Of a stretch of 64,000 bases of DNA, positions 51,410 to 64,000 are shown one piece after another (within the stretch, counting starts at the first letter, position 1; every line of letters starts with the position of its first letter). Both the position numbers and the translations under genes were made by a program. Source of the DNA: Nitrospirales bacterium (GTDB lineage Bacteria; Nitrospirota; Nitrospiria; Nitrospirales; UBA8639); assembly GCA_965203295.1 (NCBI GenBank), contig CBDBCZ010000018.1:2432001-2496000 (forward strand), in the 5' to 3' direction. Below the pieces are notes generated by a model. That model was not told the origin of the DNA and ran no database searches. It saw only the letters and a list, made by a program, of their open reading frames with translations.

Positions 51410-52916
51410 CAAGCAAATGGAGTATAGTATTTTATAGAGAGTACTACAGTCTTGATTGTAACGGATCATGCCATGGATGTCTTGCCATCAAAAGCTCGTA
51501 TCATTCCTGGCCACCGTACCAGGACATAACCTATAAAATTTGAGATACATAATGGTGATTGCATGCAAATAGCATGATCATTAAAGTAATATAATATATC
51601 TTACTTGGTCAGTGGCAAGCCTCATTAAAGAAATTTCTCCTAATGCTAATCAGATTCTAGCCCTCCCATTTAGCACTGAAGACCTTCATATACCATGTAG
51701 AGGTTTCCAGAACTACCTACATGTATACAAGAAAAAATACACAGCTAGCTACATGCAGTAAATTGTAGCCTATACATGTACTGCTAACTTACAACTCCAT
51801 GCATAAAAAGTACACGTCACTCTTTGGCAACAAAAGCTGTGCGGAGGCCTGGGAACGAGGCTAGCTATCCCCACCTACTACAGTCTATGAGATTTCCTGC
51901 AGTATCTCGACGGGAGAAGTGGGTTTAGGTAGTCCTACACACTTCCAGTGTGCTTTGTTGGCTGTACAGTTGCCTGTGTTTTAACGACTGGTGTACTGCA
52001 GCCAGGTACGTCATGTATGATCTAGTGCCAGGAGATTGCTGTGTAATTGCATGCCATAGAGCGATCCTAGGTGGGTACCAGTTCGGGTTAGCTAGCTAAA
52101 CTATTACATGACTGTCAGATAAATGCTCACGTTCATATATTGGATGTGAACCACATTGAGACTATCCTGTGGATCATCAAGTACAATCATATGGGTTAGG
52201 GCAAATTGTGAGAAGTTGAACTGTGGGTAAAATGTCTCTGGAATCAACAGTGACTATGGTGACAGCTAGTGCATTAGGTCACTGTGATATATATGGCACG
52301 TATAGAGATTCCAGTAGAGTCTAGAACTGATCCGATTCACTTGGTAGAAGCAACGATGGCCAAGTGTTCATGTTATTCTTCGTTACATCATCGGCTTCAT
52401 ACATTGTTTCACCTCCCAGGGTAGGAAGCCAGTAGGCAAAGTCACAGCAGAAAAATACCAGGCTGTACAAGAAGAGAGTAAGTCACGGTGGTACTGCATG
52501 AACCTGTCAGTGCTTTCAAAAACAATAATCATCCTGCTATTACTTTAATGCGTATGCAATTGTTAAGTTGTTATGTACATACTGAGCTCTGGCATTCAGA
52601 TTCTACAAATAAGCTATGCGTACGTATTGGAGTGTATACTAATCAGATTCGTATCGAGGCGGTACTGGCTGTATTATAATATTGTTTCTGTAACTACAAT
52701 ATCATGTTGACTATTGTATAACGTTTATACTGCCGTGCAGGTAGCGAGCTCACACACATCGCAAGCAGTGGCTGGAGCTCGACAGTATCCGAGCACCCAA
52801 ATGAAAATTTACAAGCTCTACCAGAGAGTGCATCAGTGGTGATTTCAAATGCAGATACCGTGGACAACAGCACAAAGATTGATTTAGAAGCAGGAAGTCA
52901 AGATTCAAGTGGATGA
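51410..52916 (+). pseudogene. Degraded multi-exon host gene, probably a membrane protein; runs through the right palindrome boundary
   Basis: Exon-like blocks bounded by AG/GT: ~51903-52005 (YLDGRSGFR*SYTLPVCFVGCTVACVLTTGVLQP), ~52119-52258, ~52307-52478 (GQVFMLFFVTSSASYIV), and an open terminal exon 52741-52916 (SELTHIASSGWSS...LEAGSQDSSG*); internal stops. Confidence 0.45.
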
Positions 52917-53079
52917 GACTTTGCTTTGTGACTACATGTATTTACATATGATGAAGCTGTCGTCTGGAACTGTTGTGTTCTTTTTTATTATTATTTTTAT
53001 TTGTTGTATTTTTACAATTACTTACCTTTTTGGGTGAGAGTGATTGAGCCCCCCCCCCCCCTTCCCCCCTTCCGGTAGA

Positions 53080-54505
53080 CCTGTGCGTGTGTGCGCGCAT
53101 GGTCTATTCCGTAAAAACGTTGGCATGCATATGCCTGTTCAACAACTGTTGGCGCGCGTTTCAGCGGCAATTATCCTCCAACGGACACGTGGGTAACTTC
53201 CGACACTCGCTAGGCCGATGTGCGATATACAGCGCGCAGCATTATACATCGTTTTCTAGCGAGTGTCCGAAGTTACCCTCTATAAAAAGCACGTCCGAAG
53301 TTACCCCCTCTAAAAAGTACGTCCGAAGTTACCCCCTATAAAAAGCACGTCCGAAGTTACCCCCCTTTACCTTACAACACGTGCGTGCACTCTAGTCTTG
53401 CGGGCCAGACTAACTTTTCGCGAAAAGTTAGTCTGGTCCGTCCGTGCATAGTCTATACGCCTATTTCAACAACTGTTGTCGCGCGTTTCAGCGGCAACTA
53501 ATCCTCTACAACATGCACGTGCGTGCACTCCGGAGAGAGAAAATGAGTGACTTGTGTAGACAGCGGATATTGGAACGGCGCAGACAGCGCTACGGAGAAA
53601 GGAGAGCGGCCGAAACCCCTGTGGAGGAGAGAAGGCTACAGAACGAGTGAGCACGGCGAAGGCGGAGACCAAGCTTACATGTACGCTGGCGAGAACGCAG
53701 GGCAGCAGCGCAAGGACAAAGCATGATGAAGTCCCGCGATGCCGCGACATGAATATTGGTAGCTGAAGGAGAAGGTGGCATGTCTCCTGTGTAGAGTAAT
53801 CCCTCTCTGCAGTGGTGTTTATCGGGAGCTTCTGAACTGCCTTCAACGACTTGTCATCATCATTCACAACAGCAGCATACACGTCCTTCAGCATCTGTGA
53901 CCGTGGCTCGCATAATTTGGTGGCCGCTAACTGGTGTTGAGGTTGCAGCTGTTCTGTCACTAGACACGTACTTAGCTTGCTTTGTCAGTCTGCAAGTCTC
54001 ATCACCCCCACAACTGAACAGCTGGGTATATCTATGTGCATGCAAAGTGCGATGCTCTTCAAGCACTGAAACACTGCAAGAAACAGTGGAGTGCTAAGCT
54101 CACCCTTCTTGCTGGTACCGATTTCCTAACACTCAATGTTTTTGGCACCAATCTTAACTTGTTGAGATTGCACATGCAAGATGAAGACGTCACCGAAACT
54201 TCCCTCCTATCTGCCCCTCCGTTTACTTTGACGTACAGCCTCAATATTGTTACTGGCATTCAAAGGCATTTAATAAGTACAAACCAGACTAACATTTGAG
54301 TTTTTCTCAACTATATCCTTCCATATTATAATGATGATTGTTGACCACTGTAATATACCGCTGCATGTAAAATTATATCATGCTCTGTGATTAAATTTGT
54401 AATGTAATGCAGTACCAGCCCTGCATATCCAAGTCAGCTATGTACGTATGATCATAGATAATCTATGGCATGATGAACTCGCTCACGCTCGCCCCATTCA
54501 CCTAG
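53080..54505. mobile_element. Rearranged Helitron-like relic
   Basis: + strand charged N-terminal-like ERRRQRYGERRAAETPVEERRL (~53545-53650); - strand Rep-helicase-like SLKAVQKLPINTTAERDYSTQETCHLLLQLP (~53750-53920); + strand RPA/OB-fold Zn-ribbon-like YLAC..KCDALQ..CKKQWSAKL (~53935-54299); gctcacgctcgcccc followed by CTAG|T at 54502-54506. Confidence 0.6.
53265..53365 (+). repeat. 28-bp tandem repeat x4 (gtccgaagttaccccctataaaaagcac), with an inverted partial copy at 53191-53213
   Basis: gtccgaagttacc at 53265, 53293, 53321, 53349. Confidence 0.9.
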
Positions 54506-55639
54506 TAGATAATATCTATATAATATACGTGCGTCCACACAGTTCTGAGTGCTGTGCATATGCGTACAGGTACAGGTCTAGATAGCCCCACCCCCATTCA
54601 TTCACACAATAATTGCGCATGTGCGCTGAACCGTCGAGAATCTTCGTCAGGGAGGAGAGGATAGGTTGCTGTACGAGTCAGGCCACTCATACAACGGGAG
54701 ATTAAAGCTATTTCAAGCCAAGTAAGTTTGTACTCGCTATTATGTACCCGTTCTGTACTGTAATTTGGTCAGCCAGGGTAGCTAGCTCCTGTACAGTCTG
54801 GCTCGCGAGACTAGCTCCCGTGTCGGTACAGAGGTTTGCAAAAGCTTGCAGGAGACTGTGTAGAGTAGAAACCAGAAAGCTTGCCCTGCTCATGATCAGT
54901 AATGACCCTTTTATCTGTAGCATTGTTAGGGCTGTATTTTTTCGAGTGCAAACCTCTGTAGACGTAGCTACGAAATAACTTGAAAGTAGCTAGTCTTTGA
55001 CACATTTTTTACTGTTAGACGTTAAATGATAGCCATTGACATTGAAAGTCTTTGACATAGAGTCTTGCGCTGTCCCTGACAATGTTTGGTGGGGTCTCTA
55101 TCACAACTGCTATAACTAGTGTAACAGTTATTGCCTTTTGCAACCAACTGTGGTTGACATGTATGCATATGTATCTATAGCATCATGTAAATGTATTTCT
55201 TCCATGTACACACACAGTGTGTTTAGGTTAATGCAGAGCATAAGGAAGTGCCTTCACAGATCGGAATTGGAGAGCTAATACGGTCTGACGTATCATGAAC
55301 ACACAAGTTCTTCAATGATCTCGTGTTCGGACCCAGGTTAGTTCACTATGTACATACAATGGAAAATCAAGGCACAGTGTCACATAGCAGATTGCTTCTG
55401 ATAATGTTTTTTCTGTGTACTGTAATACATATGATGATAAAAATGTTTCCTGAAGACATGATAGTAAAACACGCTCTTGTGGCCTTTGCATGAACTCGAT
55501 CAACCAAGTAGGCTGGGTAGCCCCACCCCCAATGCTTCATTCCTAGCACTTAAAACTGTCTATTGCATTATTTATAGTTACTACTATAGTAAGTATAATA
55601 TTATATCATGGAGTACGGTAGTACTCCATATGTAGGGAT

Positions 55640-56465
55640 GGCACTGGAAAAAAAATGGCCTCCCCATTCAATGCGTACAAAATGACATGTTGAGAACTCT
55701 GCTCTAGGTGTAGTCTAGGGCGAATATGAATCCTACCAGTTATTCTCGAGCGTTGTCATCACTAATCAGACTGTTAGCACTGCTACAGAATATCTCTGAA
55801 GTATCAAAGCGGCAAGTGGCTAAAACAGCCAGATGGTACATCTTGTCATTCTTCTTTCAGCCAGGCTAGCACAATGCTGGGTGAAGCGATTACAAAGATT
55901 CCAACACGAACGGGCATGATTGACCCTCGGGTAGTGCCTTTCGGGCATAGCGTTTTCAAAGAACTTGAATTAGTTCAGCATTGATAATGAGCACTCTTGA
56001 GTGGACGGTTGCCACTAACACGCCATTTTACGGTAGGATGGTGCGCATGCGCACACTGCCTGCGAACACGTGTTGGTCTATTTAAAGTCTACCTTCGATC
56101 TTTCGGTCCTTTTGTTCTCGAGTGGAAGTGTAAAAGTGCCTGAAAGCAAGGTTCTCCCATCCACTCATGTGGTTGCTGACCTTCTTGGAATTCCAAGGTA
56201 CTTTGCATGCACTAAGCCTAGTGATTTGCGGAAAAAGAGGGCCCAGAATAAAGAACGGTACCGATTCAAAACCGTCAATGCAGAAAGGAAGCTGCTAGAG
56301 CAGTCTCGCGTGCCAGCTACAAAGCTGATCCTGAGAAGAAAAGGGCTGCCTTGCGTGCCAGCTACAAAGCTGATCCTGAGAAGAAAAGGGCTGCCTCGCG
56401 TGCTAGGTACAAAGCTTGCCCAGACAAGAAAAGGGCTGCCAGATGTGCCAAGTATAGGCTTAACC
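55640..56465 (+). mobile_element. Probable 5' part of a second Helitron-like element with 42-bp coding repeats
   Basis: Repeats encoding RASYKADPEKKRAA at 56300-56460; abrupt switch to C/A-rich sequence at ~56465; family assignment is from memory. Confidence 0.35.
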
Positions 56466-56632
56466 TTCCCCCCCATGCGGGCGAAGGCCTTCCTGATGCT
56501 GACTGGAGTACACACGAAACCTGTACTACACACATCAGCTCATCAATGTTCCACAACACTCCATACCCTTTCATGCCATCTCCCAAAAAAACACCCTGAA
56601 ACAAGACATAGAAAAAGCACTTTACAAAAAGT

Positions 56633-57788
56633 GCAAAAACCACTCATGTAGGGATGCACTTCCACCAAATAACAATTCACCAAAAACCAACGAAACAAGC
56701 GACAATGCACACTGGAAGGCATGCACAGACTACCCACACATCACAGCGCAATGCATTTACTGCGTACCTACCATCCCTACATCTTTCCAACTACACCCAC
56801 CACACACTGTACCACCCCCATACACAACACCCTTCACCATCCACAATCATCTCCATCCTTATCCATACGTGCCAGCACATTGCCATCCAACAGCCACCCT
56901 CACATCCTCATCCACAACAATATTCACATACTACACAAAACGCACCCCACAATACAACCAGCCTAAACCTTCATAGCAACATAATATTATTCCCCAGAAA
57001 ACACACTCCGCTCACCAACCCCACACTCACAAGCACAAACCAAGCCACACTCACCAACACACACAACCACACAATACAACCCACATCAACTACCATGTTA
57101 CACACATTCCAAAGTTACCAACACCCTACCGACACCATACCAAACACACCCACATTGTCCTCCCCTTCAGACTTTCACAGCAACACTGCTCCCATCACAA
57201 CATACCAACACACAATACCCACATCAACCACCCTACAATACATTCAATTAACTTCACAACACCCGACCCACACTTTACCAAATGCACCCACATTCACCTC
57301 CCCTACAAAGAACATCCACTCACAAACTGACTTTCAACACACTCGCATAACTTCACAGCACTCAACCATACTTCTCCAAAGCCTCTATGCAAACACCATA
57401 ATATACAATTCATTATAATATATGCACCCATTACCAACACATCTTTACACCCAAAACAAATTATACTACACTGGAACCCCATATTGTTGACACCTTGAGG
57501 ACCTAATCAAGCACCCTGTATAGAGGGGTATCCTCAATTCAGGGGTACCTCTCATTACCAGCGCATGCACACACACAGCAATTTACACTACCACTATTCA
57601 CATCTCACATTCTCAACATTGGACAGGTGTGGTTGGAAAGATGTAGGGATGGTAGGTACGCAGTAAATGCATTGCGCTGTGATGTGTGGGTAGTCTGCAT
57701 GCCTTCCAGTGTGCATTGTCGCTTGTTTCGTTGGTTTTTGGTGAATTGTTTTTTGGTGGAAGTGCATCCCTAAATGAGTGGTTTTTGC
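56633..57788. repeat. ~160-bp inverted repeat (56633-56797 / 57626-57788) enclosing a C/A-rich spacer
   Basis: gcaaaaaccactcat...catctttccaac vs gttggaaagatg...atgagtggtttttgc; mirrored peptides MHFHQ.TIHQKPTKQATMHTGRHA in ORFs 56654+ and 57824-. Confidence 0.9.
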
Positions 57789-58526
57789 CAAGAGTGCAAA
57801 GGTCGCTAGGAGCGAGGGCCGCAAGAGGGCAAGGAGTGCCTGAGAGAGAGATAGGATCGCTGAGGGGCGAAAGCAGGTGTCAGAGGGGTCAGGAGGACCG
57901 CCTATGTGTGGACGCCTATACGTGGAGTTGCTGGAAGGAGAGCGCAGAGGGCATGTGTTGCCAAGCGTTTGGGGCCGTGCGTTATGTCGAGAGAAGCCGT
58001 TACGGAAAGTGGGTGTCGCCCCGTGTAGTGTATTGCTGAGAGTGTGTGCACATGTACCCGTACCGTGTGTATGTGTTACCGGGCTGGGGTCGCTACGTGA
58101 AGAAGCGGAGAACTGGAGAGTATCGCAGATTAGAGAGTGCTACGAGAACTCGGAAGAGTCTACAGAGAGCTGCACAAGGAAGAAAGATCGAATAGAGCCC
58201 ACGAGAAGCAAAGGAGCAGAAGTGCCACCAAAGAGTTCAGAAGAGGCTGCACCTGTTTCAGCAAACTAGTTTGCTGCCGGAGAAGGAGTGAGAGGTGTAA
58301 CGGACTGTTAACTGTGTCACTATGTGTGTTCTACTGATGTGTAGTTAGTGTGAAGTACTGTTAATAGGTGCTAGTGTTAGGTATTTTGTTTGTCTCTGTT
58401 GTAGTAGGTGTGATTTCCATTGCTAGGCTCTTCAGTACTTAAGTGTTGGTTATTGTACAGTGTTTGTCTTTAGTCCTCCATCAGTATCTGGTTTTGGTGT
58501 CGAAAAGTAGAGCTCGGTCCGCTACA

Positions 58527-60320
58527 ACGAGTAAACACAGGTATACACAAGTGTACGTGGGTATACAGACGTATGCACTGTATACACAGATACACATAAG
58601 TATACTCTAGTATAAAGAGGTATACACGAGTATATACTCTTGCATTCACAAGTAAACACAGGTATAAACAAACAAGTCTACGTGAGTATACACATGTATG
58701 CAGATGTATACACAGGTATACACAAGTATACACTAGTGTAAAGAGGTATAAACGGGTATCTACACCTGTATACACGAGTAAACACAGGTATACACAAGGA
58801 TAAATGGTTATACATACGTATGCACATGTATACAAAGGTATAGACAGGTATACACAGGTATAAAGAGGTATATATGTGTATCTACATTTGTATACATACG
58901 CATATGTAGGTATACACACGTATGCACATATATACACGTGGTATACACAAGTGTAAACAAGTATACACGGTTTACTACATCTGTATACACAAGTAAACAC
59001 ATGTATACACAAGTATACGTGGGTATACACACGTATGTACATGTATATACAGATACACACAAGTATGCACAGATATATGTATATTATTACATGAGTGAGA
59101 GGGTACTATGGCTAGGTATTGCACGAGTGTGTAGGTATTTTCTTCGAGCCGAAGGCGAGGGAAAATACTACACAAGAGTGCAATGCCTAGCCATGCCTAG
59201 CCATATTATCCTCTCCCGAGTGTAATAATATACATATATCTAGGTTGACAAACTCACTGCCAAACAAAGCCACGCCTACCGTAACGTAAAGGACGATTGG
59301 ATACACAGCAGCAACGTATAGCAAAGGGCAAAATAGCTCTTACAAACTACGAAAGAGAAAAAGGCTTGCAACTGTAGGCTAGATTAACTTTATTTATCTT
59401 GGAGAGCTACTCAACAATAAAAATCGGCTGGTGGGACGAGTGGGAGGGGTCACTGAACGACACTATGACCTACCCTTTCACTTCTTTTTCACTTAGACGG
59501 CTCCTCTACGACAGAAGCATTCCTTTCGCCAGCTTTTTGTAGCCGAGTAGCTTCCATTGCTTCAATAAAGTATAACTTCACTGTAAATTTTTACTGTAGA
59601 CTAAACGTGCACGCGCTCTGCCCACGCAAAAGGCAATAACGGGTAGGCAATACGGGGTAACCCTAACCCTATCCGGTCTATAGGAAAATATTGTTAGTAC
59701 ACCTGGCAGTATATAATAAATAGAGGTGTACACTAGTATCTACATTTGTATGCACGAGTAAACAGGAATACACAAATATACGAGGGTATACACAAGTATG
59801 CAAATGTATACACAGGTGTTCTCAAGTACACAAAGGTATACACGAGTATCTACATTTGCATACACGAGTAAACACAGGTATACACAAGTACATGCAGGTA
59901 TACACACGTATGCACATGTACACACACGTATACACAAGTATATACACAGGTATAACAGGATCTATATTTGCATACATGAGTAAACACAGGTATACACAAG
60001 TATACGCGGGTATACACACGTATGCACATGTATACACATTTTATACAAGTATACACAGGTATAAAGAAGTATACACAGGTATCTACACCTGTACACATGA
60101 GTAAACACAGGTATACAAAGGCTTACACGGGTATAAACTAGCATTACCAGGTATTCACAAGTTTACACGGGTATACACAAGTATACAAGGGTTTACACAA
60201 GTATACACAAGTATACACATGTTTACACAGGTATACACAAGCATACAAATGCACAAAGAGGTATTCACGGATATCTACATTCGTATACATGAGTAAACAG
60301 TTATACACAAGTTTGCACAC
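58527..60320 (-). repeat. Third GTATAC satellite block, outside the palindrome, interrupted by an insertion at ~59080-59720
   Basis: Same motifs as the right arm (gtaaacacaggtatacacaag, tatctacatttgtatac). Confidence 0.9.
59080..59720. mobile_element. Non-autonomous element with a long terminal hairpin (Crypton-like style)
   Basis: tattattaca...tggctaggtattgcac...tcgagccgaaggcga...gtgcaatgcctagcca...tgtaataata folds back over ~59080-59231. Confidence 0.5.
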
Positions 60321-60857
60321 ATGCAAAAAAATTTCTGAGTGTGTGGAAACAAAGCAATGGCCACACATGCAGTTATGTACCTTTACTCCAGCAATTTCAT
60401 TTGCATTGCTTAGTTCTCCATATACCTCCTCTCTCAACTACATGCATGCATGTAAGGTGCAAGTGAATATGCATGATTGTGCAATTGTATGTGTGTGTGC
60501 GTGAGTGTGCATGTGTGCGTGAATGCAGAAGACAGATTAAGTAGCTCTATTCTGTAGAGTGGGTAACAACTGCAGCATCGGAGGAACACATGCTGAAAAT
60601 AAGGCATATACATTTGCTTGTTGATCTATGGAAAACGCACCCTCCATGTCCACTGATGGACACAGTTAATACATACATCCATGCCCACTACTGGAAAAAC
60701 ATAGACACCATGAACATAATTATTTGACAGTATAGATACTCTAATATCCATCAGCCTATGCATGACTCACGTATATCACAATAAGGCTGACCTCTGATCT
60801 ATCTCACTACTATTTAGCTACCTAGGAGAAGCTTTCTAAGAGAGTAAAGAAATCAAC

Positions 60858-60933
60858 GGGACCCAACTGGGGATTGAATGCAGGACCTTCTGAATGCTAG
60901 TCAAATGCTCTTACCACTGAGCTACTGGATCCC
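60858..60933 (-). pseudogene. tRNA-like element (pseudo-tRNA or SINE head, AGC anticodon loop)
   Basis: Reverse complement: gggatccagTAGCTCAGTGGTAAGAGCatttgactAGCattcagaaggtcctgcaTTCAATCcccagttgggtccc; acceptor, D and anticodon stems pair, while the T-stem and B-box are mutated. Confidence 0.65.
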
Positions 60934-62929
60934 CTCCGCAGAGGAGCAGTAGGCAAGCTTTATATAGCCACTAAACCCGCTAGTAGTACTTGCCAGTAGG
61001 ACCCTGCTAATTTCCAGCTTAATTACTCTCTCATTAGGCCTCTCCCCCATCTCAACCACAATAAGATTGCTACATCCAAACTTAGCCTGGATCAGTCTGC
61101 CTTAAACCACCAAAGATACAGAACTGAAAACTAAGTAGTCACATTGCAGACTCTTCAAGAGATGATAAGCTTTCTGAGAAAAAGATGTACGCCAAAGCAG
61201 TACATCACTATATCTGCTTCTTTCACCTGCCCCACTTACACCCACAACTCTGTTCGTCTACCATAGGTGTGCACTCCAATTTGATTGATAATTAAACAAC
61301 AACTAGCTGAGATCCATTATTGGGCCTCATTTTGTTCAGCAATAACTACAGGAGTACAGTACCTACAAATGAGGATAAGCTCTGCCACATGATTAGGCAG
61401 TGTAGCCTCAATAGGGAAACACATACCTGCTGAAATGTTAAGATCTTCTTGTGTGTGAAAGGTGTAGCTGATGTTATAGCAGCTTTTAAGTTAAGGTCTC
61501 TGTTCAGAGTTGCAGAGCAGTGGGTATGTTCCCTTGATCCTCCGTTGAACTGCAAGGGGTACAGGGAAGGAGATGGACCATTCAGGTTAGCAACTGCTGA
61601 AGATAAAATACATGTGCATTATATGTGTGACCCTATTTGTGAAGCATGGTCGCATTTCTGTAAAGCACCATCACAAGGGAGACACGGGACCATTCATAAC
61701 ACAGCAACACCCGAAAACATCGGTGGTACCAAGGCAAATACCTTGGAAACAGATTGAGCGGTAAATTTCTAACAAGCTGCGGTTGACGTTATTAAAGGTA
61801 ATGACCAAAGACATTGAGATACATGACAGTAAAAGTATTTTAAAAAGGGAGTACCAACCTGCCGGGTTTTCATGAATCCATTCACATATCGTCATTCAAG
61901 TAACTTAATGCATATGCATATTTGAATGTACATACGTCTATGACTACACACGAACAAGTGCATGTAGCTACTCAGCACCCTCATGAAGAGAGCTACATGT
62001 ATGACTCCTGATGGACTCACCAGACCAGATAACACCGGTCGGCATTAAGCTTCTTAGCAACTGTGCTGCAGCTTGCCTGGACTGGACATCACTTCCCAGC
62101 CAGAGGTAGATACACTCAAACTGTTCTAAGTGAGGAAGAACCTGAAGAGGAAGGATATGGAGTACCTGAAGGGATTAGAATCTCTTAATGTACACCAACA
62201 CATGCTTAGAGGATTGTTAGAGGTCTCTAAAACTGTAACATTTCATTTAGTGTATGTACAGAGCTATATATCAACTGAGCCCCAAATACAATCACATGCA
62301 GTCATGTTAGCCCCAACATTAAATTTTTTGCATTTAGCCAATTAGATACTGAGGCATTGACTAGTACTTTATGGACCATTCTCCAAGACACATAGTATAT
62401 ATAGAACAGAAACTTGTAACTGTGGTACAATAGATTTTCACTTGTGTAGTTCATGGAAATGCTGTAATTTACGTATTTTGTGAAAGTGAGGACCCCATAA
62501 AAGACGTGTCGATACGTGTACAATGTGCAAGCAATCAGGTACTGATGGGAAGTTCTCTTCCCTTCCACTGTCAAAGAGGAGCTTAAAGATTGTTGCAGAC
62601 TAACGCTGCTTGTCACTTCGATATATTTCTCTTAGATTTGATTCATATCACTACAATTAACAACCACAGATACAATCATCAATTCACTCCAACTTTATTT
62701 ATACACACAAACACCAAACTTCATTTACAATTCAAGGATTACTCACTAGACAGTCAGCACGATGCCGTTGGTAAAAGAGGTGTGTCACCTGAGTGCAAGA
62801 AGCCATGTACGCTTACATGGGTAAATTAATTAGTGGGTTTACACAACGCTACATCAGACGTATGATTGCATGATGTTACGTAACTCACCCTGCTGCAGCG
62901 TGTGGAAGAGCTGAAGTCTATTTTTTATC

Positions 62930-63970
62930 TTACCGTGTTTCTGAAGCAAAGGCAGATATCCGGTAGGCATTACACTGATGCAAACTCATGTGCATGTTGT
63001 GCAAGTTTCACGGAAATCACTCACTTGGCTCCAAGTTTTCCCAAAAATCGAAAATGGACCAGAGACTAATTTCGCTGCCACCGTGGTGGTAAACGCGGAC
63101 TCATCTCAGAAACGGTAAGTAGTAGGGCAAAGAAGTTTTTAAGGCATGCGTACCTAAAGTAGAGGAAAGCTCTGCCGTTTGCTGCTAGTTCACAGCTCGT
63201 ACTTGGGCTGAGTTACGAGCGTGCAAATCGTGGCACTTTTTTCGAAGTTTAGCGCTTCATATTTGCAAGAATACTTGTACACAGGTAATGATAACTACAT
63301 ATATAGTAGACAGGAAGGTAATATAGCTGTACAGAAAGAATAGCTCTGCTGAACCGCTTGGCTCCAAGTTTTCCCAAAATTCAAAGTTGGTAGGCGCGAT
63401 AGTGGACGGCGATGTGGTGGTGGTCCAGGCATCATTTCGGGAGCGCGGTCCCAACTGGTCACTCTGTCTTTGTAGACTTCAACAAACCTGTTACAACATC
63501 TGCAACACTCAATCACAGAAACCAAATACACTTTGAGATATAGCCGTGCAAAGTAGCTGCCCTTCCAACGCTTACAGCTACCATACATTACAATACGTCT
63601 GGTTAAACCGGAAGTGATCACGTAATTATCGACGGCATCGTGCAGACTGTAGAGTAAGCTACTGATGACCAGCCACCCCCTAGTGCACCGAGCGTGCAAA
63701 TTACCCGTAGTGGGCGGGGCCTTCAATCGATAGTAAAGACCCTTTCACACTTTGAGTTGAAAGTTTGGTGTTTTTCTATGGCTTGGTTCTGGAGCTATAG
63801 CAAACTTTAAATTCGGGACACCGCTATGATTGGGCAAATGTATGTATTGCTGGCCTCCATTTTGCATTTTCTCCCTGAAGCAACTTTCGGTGATCTCTCT
63901 TCATTATTGGGAAGCCCCACTACCAAGCTGCCACACACCAACCTTTCGCCATCGTTGCTGCTTTGAGCAC
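62930..63970. mobile_element. Probable non-autonomous DNA-transposon fragment
   Basis: Non-coding, CpG-richer; internal direct repeat cttggctccaagttttcccaaaa at ~63024 and ~63357; termini not identified. Confidence 0.25.
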
Positions 63971-64000
63971 AGAGGAGTGCTGTTGAATGTAGAGCCGTGT

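Larger units (their letters stand above)
35290..52229 (-). repeat. Right arm of giant inverted repeat
   Basis: Reverse complement of 6235-24850 with SNPs, small indels and different repeat copy numbers. Confidence 0.97.

Noticed and set aside
6235..52229. Palindrome as a missed-adapter sequencing chimera
   Set aside because: The arms differ by SNPs, reciprocal deletions, copy number and an arm-specific insertion, and the 10-kb centre is not symmetric; haplotype misjoining still needs a read-level check.
56654..57418. 254-aa T/H/P/Q-rich ORF
   Set aside because: A G-poor strand is depleted of stop codons; no recognisable domain.
59658..59670. taaccctaaccct telomere-like motif
   Set aside because: Only two units, inside an insertion; not a telomere.
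61230..61770. Possible minus-strand exons
   Set aside because: Splice-like signals are present, but frames contain stops and I recognise no product.

Overview
Eukaryotic (animal; composition and short GT-AG introns suggest a sponge-like invertebrate, which is inference only) repeat-dominated window with no intact protein-coding gene that I can support. The dominant structure is a ~46-kb mirror-symmetric domain (6235-52229). Two inverted arms (~18.6 kb and ~16.9 kb) each carry, from outside in: a host-gene remnant, a P-element/THAP9-like transposase relic, a Crypton (DUF3504) tyrosine-recombinase relic embedded in a GTATAC-based ~10-bp satellite with a ~2-kb higher-order repeat, an A-rich tract, and tandem tRNA-like (A-box/B-box) units pointing outward. 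The arms enclose a non-palindromic ~10.4-kb core of a different 113-bp satellite. This layout resembles a fission-yeast-type centromere or boundary domain, or a giant foldback element. Left of it lie an EGFR-like RTK pseudogene and a 2.8-kb CACT-ended (EnSpm-like) element. Right of it lie the 3' end of a degraded gene, Helitron relics, a third GTATAC array and a tRNA-like element. Almost all listed ORFs are translations of satellite DNA.
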